From the NCBI GenBank assembly GCA_002269645.1, contig NIVC01000859.1:363561-427560 (forward strand): a stretch of 64,000 nucleotides of DNA, given 5' to 3'. This document shows, in pieces, positions 50,561 through 64,000 of this stretch. Every line of letters starts with the position of its first letter. The stretch's first letter is position 1. This DNA is from Macrostomum lignano (lineage: Eukaryota). The notes under the pieces are model-generated. The model saw only the letters and a list, made by a program, of their open reading frames with translations, searched no databases and was not told the DNA's origin. The translations under genes were made by a program, and so were the position numbers.

Positions 50561-51923
50561 TTCTATTTTAAAAACTGAAACTCAGACTTAGACTTAGGCC
50601 AGCTGCCTGTAAGCAACAACACTTATCTTAGACTTAGGTGAGAAAATGAACTAGCCTTATTTTTTTCAATGACAGTGTACTGAACCTGTGCACCTTTTTA
50701 CTGTCAGAAATTGTAAACTAGAAAACAGACTCGAGAAGTACTTCTAAGTAGATATACTGTGTAGGCATAATTTGTCCTGTGAATTCCAAAAACTTATCTG
50801 TATTAATCTTAGCAACAAATCGACCATTAAGAAGGAAACTAATGAAAAAAACTGTCAAACTCGACTCGGTTTAGTAACTCGATGAGAGGCAGCCTAGCTG
50901 ATAACTAAAATATTATTTATAGTGTAATATTTTGAATTTTTCACCATTATCATGTTGATAGTTTATCGTAATTTTCATGTAATAATGAATTAATTTCTAT
51001 CAACGCCGAGTGCTTTTTGAGTTCGCATTGATTGGTCGACTTTTGTCTATGGTCGAAACCGACGAGCCCGAGCTTTCTTAGAAATTTACCCCCACGTAGT
51101 GGGTTGGTCGGCCGTTTAATTTGGCTCTTCTTTTTCAGTGGAACTCCAAGTCTATGGTAATAGTTGGGACTTTTGCTGGGCGTCGTAAGAAGACACGATG
51201 GCTAAACCGACTATATGATGCTGTTGAAGCAATCGTCGGAGTTCGAGTAAGAAGTAAAATCGAATTTTTATCAAGCCCCAGTGAAAAAGAAAGTCCTTAG
51301 GATACCTTTCTTACGCCGAGCTTGAGAATAGCGTTCATGGACTCTCGACCATAGGCGCCGATGTGACACTTAATTAGTTACTATATATACCTATAGAAAG
51401 TAAGCTAAAAACACAACCATTTGAATTTGTAAACACTTATCGCCGATTAGAACTAATCGAGTGTTTTAAAGATCAGATCGTCAAACTCTGTAGTCTAAAA
51501 ATAGCTGCAAATGAAAACCGAAACTGCGCAATGCAAATGTACTCAAACAGCTGTGTACAGTCTGTTTGGTAGCGAACGCAGAATAGTTTTATTTTTAGCT
51601 TCGAAGAAAAGAGAGATAGAACTCAAGAACTCAACTCAAGTGAACTTAAATTCGACAGGACAGCCATAATGGCACTCACAACTATGATCATTACGCATAT
51701 ATCCATAGTTTTAAAATCTTATATAATGCATGCTGTCAACTATACTTGATTTGACGAACAAAATAAGTAATTTATTTTGCCTTCCTGTATAATAATTTTA
51801 CGGTTTTCTGTTGCATAGTTAAGAACTTGAATTCCGATTTGAAGGCCGATGAGCAGTGCTCGGCAGAAAGGAGCCAAAGAGCCTTGGCTGTAGTAGTAGT
51901 AGTAGTACTAGTAGTACGAGTAA

Positions 51924-53044
51924 AGGCTCAATCACACTGCAATCAAATGAAAGACCAAGTCACACGACTAGTTTGACTACACAGCATTTCCTCATTTTTC
52001 TGTGATCACTTGAAATCTCAGCTAACATAGAAAATTTTCAAATTCAGCGACAAAAGTTAATAACGCGAGGGCCAGTTGATTAACTAAAACGCTGTAAATT
52101 GGTCGCTTGCCTCTTACACAGCACTCGAAGTTGCGCAACACACAAAACTCAACTCAAGCCACTCTATTTCAACAACTCTCCATCTAGTTTGACTGTCGCT
52201 TCACAATTGATTGGTCATCACACCAGTCAGGTTATTAACTATTTTATTTTCACATGAGCCAGGGGTCGGCAAACTCCGGCCGGCAGGACACATGCGGCTT
52301 GCAAAGCCTCTCTGTCCAACCTTAGCGGTCCTTTGAAGCTCCACACTAGCAATCCGGCCCTTAATGTTGGTCTCTTCTCAGTTTTCTTCTCTCTTCTCCT
52401 CTCTTCTTCTCCTCCTCTCTCCTCTCTTCTTCCTCCTCTCCCTCTCTCTCCTCTTTTCTACTCCCCTAACCTAATTCTCATCTCTCCTCTCCTCTCGTCT
52501 CCTCTTTGCTCCATTCCCTCGCCTCTCCTTTCTCCTATCTCCATTATTTCTTTTTTATTCCCTCTCATCTTCTCCTTCCTCCGGACCGCAGTTATGCTCT
52601 ATAGGATCTCTATCTAGCCCTTGAGATAAAAATGTTTGCCGAACCCAGACATAAGCGAAAATGAGCAAGCGTGAAAAACAGGGCGCCCGTTGATTGCCGC
52701 TGGAACCCCTGGTACACAAGTTGCAAGAAAATCCTGTTCTATACGACCTTCGGCACCCTGACAATCGAAATACCAGGAAAAAGAACCAACAGGAAAGTGT
52801 AATATGCTTGCTAGGTTGTTCGTTAGCTCGCGCCAGTTATATCAATAAGAGCGCTGGCCTTTGTACTCTGATACAGACTGTACACTGGTACAATGTACAA
52901 AATAGCTTTCTCAAACTTGCTCAAAATATATATGTACAATTTAGGCTCGACTGAAGTCATTGTCAAAGATTCGTTATTCATCAACTCAAATTTAGTGTGA
53001 TCACTCGAAAATTGGCCTCATTTGATGGCGGTGTGAACGAGCCT
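51924..53044. mobile_element. PIF/Harbinger-type non-autonomous element with MADF (Myb/SANT-like) remnant
   Basis: TAA|AGGCTCAATCACACTGC ... GCGGTGTGAACGAGCCT|TAA: imperfect 17-bp TIR (14 of 17) and 3-bp TAA TSD. ORF 52694 contains LVHKLQENPVLYDLRHPDNRNTRKK, resembling the MADF consensus. Confidence 0.75.
52260..52648. mobile_element. hAT (Charlie-like) MITE nested in the Harbinger element
   Basis: CAGGGGTCGGCAAACT ... TGTTTGCCGAACCCAG (13 of 16 TIR match); flanks acatgagc / acataagc (7 of 8); CT-rich interior. Confidence 0.8.
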
Positions 53045-54047
53045 TAATGGTTGTGCTACTCCCGACTCGGGGTGTGCTAGATAAGTTTCTAGAAGTTCCC
53101 AGAATACGTTAGGACAAAATTAGTAAACTCTATGTATAAATATGTTATTAAGGTCAGCCAGGTTTGGAACTATATTTAGTTGAAATGAAGAATTTGTATT
53201 TAATTTGCATATTTGTTTGTTTTTATGACTTTAGGCATATGACGTGTACGTAAGATATCAAATTACCGGAATTTTAATTTTACAAACGAAAAGCTCTATG
53301 AATGTCTCAAGAATTATAAGCAAGGCAAGACATTAATATATGAATATTGGATTTGCCTCCTATCAAAAGTAATAACAATTTTTGCTTTGAAAAAATTAAA
53401 ACCTTCTATCTCCTTATGTCATTTTTGGGTAAAATCCACAGAACATAGACAGAATGCCCGATCGGCTGTCGCGGGATGTTTAGAAATTAATATGCAAACA
53501 AACTACTTTTGTGGTGAAGCGGAGCAGTAGTTATGAAAATTCGATATGCATATATATATATATTTATAATATATGTAGACTTTGCGTATGATTCTATAAA
53601 CTTACAGTGTAGATATTGCTTCAGAATTTAAAATTAACAGGTTTGGCAGTGCCCAAATTGGAATAAAACCGTAGACGTTGTCCCCAATCATTTATTTGAA
53701 ACAAAAAACATATTTGAAACATTTTAATTATTATTATTAACAATACAATTCACCAATTTACTCCAATTTGTATTCGCTGCTCCAGTTCAAATTACATTGT
53801 AAACTTTCCCCAATCAATTGCATTCCTCAATCAGCGTTCAGTCGCCTCAGCTTTCTCTGCACTGGTACAAGTGCCGTCCCTCTTCCGCTTTTCCTCTTTT
53901 GCGCCAGAATTCGCTGACTGTTGCACCAATGGTGGAGCCTCAGATTGGTGTACAGCGTTGCTAAACCAATAGTTACAGTTACAGTGTTACAGTTGTCTCT
54001 GTTTAATGCCTTCGTTGCTGCTAATCACTGCCTTATTCATGTCAGTT

Positions 54048-54100
54048 GCAGCAGCCGCTGCCACAGAATATACTGTATATTCTGTGGCAGCGGCTGCTGC
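54048..54100. repeat. Perfect 53-bp palindrome (26-bp arms, 1-nt centre)
   Basis: GCAGCAGCCGCTGCCACAGAATATAC-T-GTATATTCTGTGGCAGCGGCTGCTGC. Confidence 0.95.
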
Positions 54101-54715
54101 TACTCGCAGTCTCAGTCGTCTATGGCAGAACCTTTCCAAGCCGCATACGCGTAAGTATAAGTGGCTACTATCTTTCTTCACCACAAAAGTAGCTAAATAT
54201 GCAAATACTTTTTGTAACAGATTTTTCTGCGAGAGGGCTGATCGGGCATTCTGTCTATATTCTGTGGTAAAATCTGCCCTTGAAAAATTTCCAAGAAACG
54301 TGATACTACTATGAGTAGCTTGAAGCTGCCACCACAGCATTTATAATGTCTACGTACCGGAAATTTCTCAGAGAGTCTTCGAAGAGTTGAGGTAAATTTT
54401 CCAGCTCATGTTACCTGTCGGGGTAAAGTTACTTTAAGAAAAACTGCTTTGTTTTTTGGAACCAGATTTTGATTATTAATATGATACGTCCCTTCGACTT
54501 CCCGATAAAATTGGCAGAGGTAGCCTCTGATACGAGAAAGCCATCTTCGAATAGATATTATAGACACAGAAGAAAACTGGAATTGTAAACAGATGAAACA
54601 TTTATTACATCCTTGATAACACATTTAAGTACGATATTTGAGTATACTCGTATTGTCACAGTTATATGATTTAACAATTTGGCAATTAGTAAGACTTAAT
54701 TAAAAGCGCATTAAT

Positions 54716-57776
<3,061 letters not shown>

Positions 57777-58230
57777 TTCAGTTGCTACGAGAAGTGTACA
57801 GACAGACAGTTTTATTTTAATTATTCTGTCTGAAAGGAGTTGATATACTCGTACACGTATGCGACGCTCACGCTAGGGCTTTTTTGTGCACCATTCAAAC
57901 AACTGAAGGCAGACTAATTGTGTTGCAGACCGCACAAAATATTTTAGCTCTGCCTTGTACAAGCGTACTTGTACATTAATTTAAGTTAATGGTAAAGTCA
58001 GTGTAAAGTAAAAAATCAATAATTTGAACCGTTGGGTTTGCTCACGGTCACGACAGCTGTTGTAGCAAAGAATGTATGGATAGAAAACTTAGTGTTTCTC
58101 TCGCTCTATTGTACATTGTCTTTTGGTTTTCCTAGAAAGGACTTTTTATTTAGTTTTGCCTACTCAATTGCGTGCCAGTTCACCTTAACCTCATTAGATC
58201 TATCTAAAAATGCAATTTTAACTATATTGG

Positions 58231-58260
58231 ACTAGCAATTTTAGCCCCCCATTTGGGGAA
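58231..58260 (-). mobile_element. Helitron-like 3' end
   Basis: Minus strand CCCC-aaat-GGGGG ctaaaattg CTAG|T. Confidence 0.4.
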
Positions 58261-59038
58261 AGGGCTGAAAAATCAAGCATTAGCTACTATGATACTATGA
58301 TGGAAAATCCCCAGGATGACATCCGTTCATTACTTGGAACAAGTTCCTAAAAGTAGCACATCCCCTCATAGTGAAAAAGCACTTAGAATAATAAGGAATT
58401 CTTTCAAACGTATAAAAAATTAACGTTTTATTGAGTTTTCATGGTAACGAAATAAAAAATTTGCTTTAATTTTTCTAACTCGCGTTACCTTCCGTTACTC
58501 TCTTTTTTAGCTTCTTCTTGTGACGGGGGACTTGTGGAAAACTTCATTGTTTTACTATCATTTTTACTATCAGTAGACTACTACGTACCTGGTAAGTGTA
58601 TCATATTTTGTATGAATTCTGTGTACGAGTACATTCATTGAATCGGCTTTTATATGTCGGCAAGTGATGAATTTTTAACAAATCAATAATTTGCCCAGCG
58701 CCCATCGTAACTCTCAGCCAATTACAATTCGCTGTATCATCTATCGTTTTATATTAACTGTTCGTTTTTCGTCGCTACTCAAAAACAAATAAAAAACTTG
58801 GCCAACTAAGCAAGCAAAATATATATAAATTCAATTGAATATTGGACTGCGCTATACTTGCATTTTTCTTCGGTCTTGTTCGGTCTTGTTCTGCCAAGGA
58901 CTGCCAGATTAAATTCGTCACATTCTTACAGATTTTCTTCCGGTTTTTTCGCCATTTTTCCTGGCACTGACGACAATCGTTTTACACCTAAAACTTACCT
59001 TTTTTAAAAGGTTTATTATTAAATTTAGATCTTTTTGG

Positions 59039-59638
59039 TCAACTTATACTATTTGAATGAAAAATGAAAAGAAACAAGCAAATACACGCGAAATTATTGT
59101 TGCAGATTCTTGGAAACACAAACTGATATAATTGTACAGGTGTGTCAGGTGAGAACCTAAGACACGACGTATACATGATTTTCTCCCGATTAATTAAACT
59201 CTCTGACAAAGCAGCTCGATGCTTGTCTTCAATTAGGAACGTCATTTGTTTTATTCTGCTGATGTTGTTCAAATTTTCAACCACAATTACCAACTAATCA
59301 ACAGAACAGAGTTTTGAAACACGTCTGCGATTGATGGACTTGATGGCATTAAGAGTTTTACTATCAATTCAAGTCTTCTTGTCTTCTTCGATGCGGATTC
59401 GAGTTCTGGGACTATCATTAAGTTGCTCTTCACCAAGTACTACTAATCCTCCGAAGCTACCTTTTTTGCAAAAGCTGTCAAAAATCTTTGCAGTGGAATT
59501 AGTAGAATTCTTGCTATGTTTATTCATTGTAGCAACTGCCATTTGTCCCATCCATCTAATATACAGAAAAAAAACTATTTTTGGACAGAGAAATAAGCAA
59601 ACCATTTCATTAAATTGGAGAGAGTGATGGGTGCACAT
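59039..59638 (-). pseudogene. Degenerate reading frame with two in-frame stops, product unknown
   Basis: ORFs 59369-59638 and 59039-59293 share a frame, and the gap reads IDSKTLNAIKSINRRRVSKLCSVD between two stops. Confidence 0.3.
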
Positions 59639-60382
59639 GGATAAACACAGGCTCTCAGTTCTCAGTCCCTAATGGTCGGCCAATAGAGACAGCACAACCC
59701 TCCTGAAAATGAGGGAGGTTGTAGGAACGAGGAACGAGCTTACCTTTAAAACTGACTCAGTCGCCTTAGTTATCTAAGCTCATTGCATGGGTTCCTTAAT
59801 AAAGTTCATTTAACATAGTCTTTATTTAACATTTGAAACTCAGAAGACAAAAAAAATTATTCAAATATAGGCCAACCCTACCGCTCCGACCCGAGTTTGC
59901 TGTCCAATTTCTATTTATTAGTAATTCTGACTGCTCAGACGGTTGAGCTTAGATCTTATCTGATCTTATCTGGCTAAAGTATCTGAATCTGAATAGCTTT
60001 GCTAACAAATTTTCTTTCTTGAACGCAAGCATTTCTATTCCTAAATAATTTAGACTGGCCTGTTCTTTATGGGGGTTAGGGGCTAAGTATGAGTATGTAC
60101 CCATTAGATTTTTCTGTCTGGCTCTTAAAATCTTAAATAGCTCACAGATTGCACAGCTGCACAATAGAGACAACATTACGAAGCTAGCACAGGGTAATTT
60201 CAATTCTCAAGCATTTCAAGGGCGATTTCTAAGAAAGATGTGCGCAGACTACAGAGATGTCGAGGTAAGAAAGTTTAATATTTCAATTGTGCAAAATTGA
60301 TCCCCAAATCTACATGTATGTCTAACATTAAATTCAATAATGCTTTCTTGTTGATAGTACGTAGTACATGTATTGTCGTAGT

Positions 60383-60500
60383 TAGCTAAATTATAGTTGA
60401 TAACTGCGATAGTTTGCTAAATTATAGTTGATAACTGCGATAGTTTGCTAAATTATAGTTGATAACTGCGATAGTTAGCTAAATTATAGTTGATAACTGC
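60383..60500. repeat. 31-bp tandem repeat, about 4 copies (GCTAAATTATAGTTGATAACTGCGATAGTTT)
   Basis: Read directly. Confidence 0.9.
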
Positions 60501-61007
60501 GAGCGTAGAAATCAGCGCCCCCGTTGGGGAGCTAACAAAGAATGGAATACAAATTTTTGAATAAATTACATGTAGCTTCTCCTTGCAATAACCTCTGAAA
60601 TTCCCCTTGTAAGTGGCTACGGGCTTCGGGTTGGATTTAATGGCTGTGAATAACGAGACAATCACAAGTCCCAAATGACGCTTTTGTTGTTGAACTGCCC
60701 TAAAAATCTGCTCCTCCCTACTCAACTGCCAGGAATTTTCTTTTCCTCCCTTTGAGTTCCCACTTTTCCCAGCTCTTTTGCACTCCTGATCACCATCCCT
60801 TCACTAAAGTCGTACATATTAGATCGCGAGTTTGCAACTCCAAAATCCATCGGCTTGACAGCTTTTTGCGGGTTACAATTGATTTTCAAATTTTTACCCG
60901 CGATATTTTGTTACATTAAAATTTTTTTAGGGCTAACGCTTCTCGAGATTTATGGACTTGGAGGTGTGCCTGGTTGCTAGCGAGCTGTCTGAAGGCTGAT
61001 TCTCGGG

Positions 61008-61275
61008 GCGTGCCATCTATAGGGGGTGCCATCTATAGGGGGTGCCATCTATAGGGGGTGCCATCTATAGGAGTGCCATCTATAGGGGTGCCATCTATAG
61101 GGGGTGCCATCTATAGGGGGTGCCATCTATAGGGGTGCCATCTATAGGGGTGCCATCTATAGGGGGTGCCATCTATAGGGGTGCCATCTATAGGATCTAT
61201 AGTGCCATCTATAGGGGTGCCATCTATAGGGGGTGCCATCTATAGGGGGTGCCATCTATAGGGGGTGCCATCTAG
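61008..61275. repeat. 16-17-bp minisatellite (GTGCCATCTATAGGGG), about 16 copies
   Basis: Read directly. Confidence 0.93.
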
Positions 61276-61390
61276 AAGTTTGGAAACCCGACCTTGTTTG
61301 TTTGCAACTCAACTGCGATTTTGCAGCTTAAAAAATTACAATCTTATATTTCCTGCCAAGGTTTAAACTGTCTATTTCTACCAGACAAAC

Positions 61391-63536
61391 ATGAAGCATG
61401 ACCAAAAACCATACTGGAACTTTCAGTTACAAAAGCTCTGCAGGCTCGTCATCCGCGGTGACTACCCTCTGCTACGTCAGCAGGCTACAGAGCAGCTGGT
61501 AGCTGCGGCTGATGGGGCAGGTAGGACTGTCCTCATGCTGGTGGCTGGCACTCGTTCGACAATCGTACAGTCTGAAAAGTGCATACGGTACTTAATCCAG
61601 CTGGGCGCGGATCCCATGGCAGCTGATCAAACTGGAAACACGGCTGCTCACCTTGCGGCCCAGCGGGACCATCTGCGGCTGCTGGAGCTGCTGCCGTTCA
61701 ATGCGAAGTGGCTGTCGAACCAGCAGGGCGCCACTCCGCTGATGGAGGCGTCGCGGACCGGCAGCTGGAGATGCGCCAAGCACCTGTTGCACCTGTTGCG
61801 GCAGAAGGCCTGGAACAACAGTAGGAGGTTTGGAAACGAAACAAGAGAAGAGCTGCTTGGTCAGACAGATGCCGACGGGCAAACAGCGTTGGATCTTGCT
61901 CGGCGCAGTGGCTACAAAGATATGGCTGCGGAAATTGAGCTGTGAGTTCTTGCTAACTCTGACTCTGAAACGTTATTTACCGTAATTTACAGGTTTCTCC
62001 ATAGCAAAGTAGGCAGGCATATCCCGGATCTGTTTAGTTACAAATAAAATTACATTTAAAACTATTTTTAGAGAGCTGCGACTATCGGTGGATAGATCGG
62101 GGTTTATTCACGGCCTCACAGAATCCGTAAGTTTGCACATTTTTCTGTGGTGTTGCACTCAGATGGATTTGCCCATGACCCGTCACGTTTTTACTCCAAA
62201 AAGTTTTTTACCCTCAGCTTGGCTCCTCTCTCAACTACGTTCTTTATAACTTGAATGATGATTCATGGTCTCAAAATTGGCACTTTTGGCTCGGCTCCTG
62301 CAAAGTCCCCTGGAGTCTGAGAGGTCTCCCAGTAGAGTAGCTAGTTTGTGGGTCTGGATGTCAGAGCCATCCCGGTCTCGTCCAGTGAGAAAACTTGACG
62401 ATTTAACTAGTTTCGCCGAGACTTAAGTCATCATCCCCTTCATCATCAAGTTAGCGATGAAGCCTGAGATCATTTGAGATCAGCACAGCATGTTGGTTCT
62501 GCATGTAGTGTAGTTTTACATATGTAGTTCCGCATATTTTCCGCTAAATCATACATATTATTTGCTAAGTCGGGGCATTTCAGGCCAAGACCGTACATAT
62601 GCATGTACATTATGGTTATTCGATAATGTATTTATATGTTCAGCTGTTCAGTGTATATATTCATATGTTCAGTGTATTTATAGGTTCAATTCAAGTTACC
62701 TCCTACAAAAGTTCTCTCTGTCCCTGTATGGTCAACGGAATGTAGTCCAGCAGTGTCCCTTGATATCAAATATAATTTGGGGATGGACAGCAAAAAGTTT
62801 ACAGGTAAGTCCAGTGCCCCATCTAGTCGTATATCTGATTGTAAAGGAGAAGCTGATTTCGTGAGTTACATGTAGTTGGAACGGATTTGGTGCACGGTGG
62901 GTTAGTTCAATCTCAGGGTAAGTAACAGCATACAATGGTAGCTTCTAGTATTCCCTGGCTTGTCTCTCGCTGCCTGCTCCTAGCTCATAAATGGCAAGTC
63001 TTTTGTATGCTTTTAGAATTTGTAAAATTCTTGCAAAAATATTTAGGAAGAGGCGATCAGAGCTGAGCTGGAGCAGCTGGCAAGATCCGGTGACGCGATG
63101 GAGCTGCGACGAGTTGTGACTCGAAGCAACTGCGACCTGCCTGACGCCCGCGGCTTCACCCTGCCAATGTGGGCAGCTGCCAACAAGGAACTGAATGATC
63201 CGGAATTGTGGGCTCGCCTGCTGCAACTGCTGATGCCACCTGCGCAGCGGTGTCAGGAGAGAGCTGTCTGCATCGGGCAGCTGGCAGCGGTAGCCCCATC
63301 GCAGCTAATGCGCTAATGGATGCTGGAGCGTCATCAAACAGCACAGCCCAGTTCGGACTCACACCCTTGATGGTGGCGGCCAGTGCGGAGAGACTCAGCA
63401 ATGCTGACGCGGTGGGCTGGGTTCTGCTGTCTGCCGGATCTGACTGGACGGCCATCGAACGAAAGGGCAGGACTGCCTTGAACTTGGCTACTAAGAATCC
63501 GTATAGATCTGACGGATTAGTTGAGCTGCTGAGTGG
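61391..63536 (+). CDS. Ankyrin-repeat gene paralogous to the N-half of the ankyrin-kinase gene; exons 61391-61941 and about 63047-63536 (1-nt deletion near 63230), middle exon(s) unresolved; probably continues beyond the window
   Basis: LVIRGDY...EKC..YL..LGADP...G.TAAHLAA.RDH.RLL.LLPF.AKWL.NQQGATPLMEA is shared with 56959-57464, and ELEQLA..GD......VTR..CDLPD with 56223-56707. Donors GAG CT|GTGAGT and AGT GG|GTAAGC are at the homologous phase-2 positions. Confidence 0.8.
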
Positions 63537-64000
63537 GTAAGCTGCCAATTTACTCATTTGAAAACGTAATCTAAAAAATGAAAGCCGCTAGAAGTTACGG
63601 TTGTATCGATGCACATTTTTCGGAAGTCCACGTTTGCTCAAAATTGCATGAACAGTGTTGGCCGGGTCATAGCATTTATCTCGACGGAATCAAGATTCAA
63701 ATCTGATGGTGGTTCCGTTGATGCAGAGTATTACAGGTCACAACTCTTGCAACATGAAGGGTGGCGCATACCAGTACAGTAACCCGACTTCGGCGATGTT
63801 GCATTTTGGCCGACGTTTTCGAAGTCCATCTACGACGCTAGAAAATAAAAATTTTTACATTGCGTCGACATTTGACCGACATATTTCAGGATGTACGCCC
63901 CACGTTTCAGCAGAGTTAGTCAAAATAATCTGGTGTAAGGATTCTTCGGCCATAATCTCAGATGAATTCGTTCGTTTCGATGCAACCAAATACCAAAACA

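Noticed and set aside
62750-62920. Candidate middle exons of the plus-strand ankyrin gene (donors at about 62804, 62861, 62918)
   Set aside because: A consistent model needs a distal AG 4 nt past the first acceptor near 63046; not resolvable without RNA data.

Overview
Eukaryotic (metazoan) genomic DNA, not prokaryotic: GT-AG introns, GC-rich exons in AT-rich spacers, and many micro/minisatellites and DNA-transposon relics. Gene content and repeat style suggest a free-living flatworm such as Macrostomum (inference, not verifiable here). Genes rebuilt by hand from splice sites: a 2-exon gene of unknown function (761-4811); a PAN/apple-like exon; a 2-exon helical protein with a Gly/Ala hydrophobic hairpin, resembling alpha-pore-forming toxins or apolipoprotein L (15758-18358); two convergent paralogous TRP channels with 14-15 ankyrin repeats and a TRPM/TRPC-like core (20272-24456, two 1-nt frameshifts; 44563-49192, intact); two tandem intronless 372-aa stand-alone PCIF1/CAPAM-type methyltransferase-fold genes whose catalytic NPPF reads GPPF (31037-32155, 37503-38621), inside an internally rearranged segmental duplication; a 3-exon DUF4806/BEN-like gene; a dynein light chain; a 7-exon ankyrin-repeat plus protein-kinase gene whose first intron is almost entirely a (GTAA)n array (54716-57776); and its head-to-head ankyrin paralog (61391-63536, running off the window). 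Mobile elements: Tc1/mariner-type MITE, truncated piggyBac, two hAT elements with 8-bp TSDs, a Harbinger-type element with a MADF remnant and nested hAT MITE, LINE fragments and Helitron-like ends. All family calls come from motifs recognised by eye; no database search was run.
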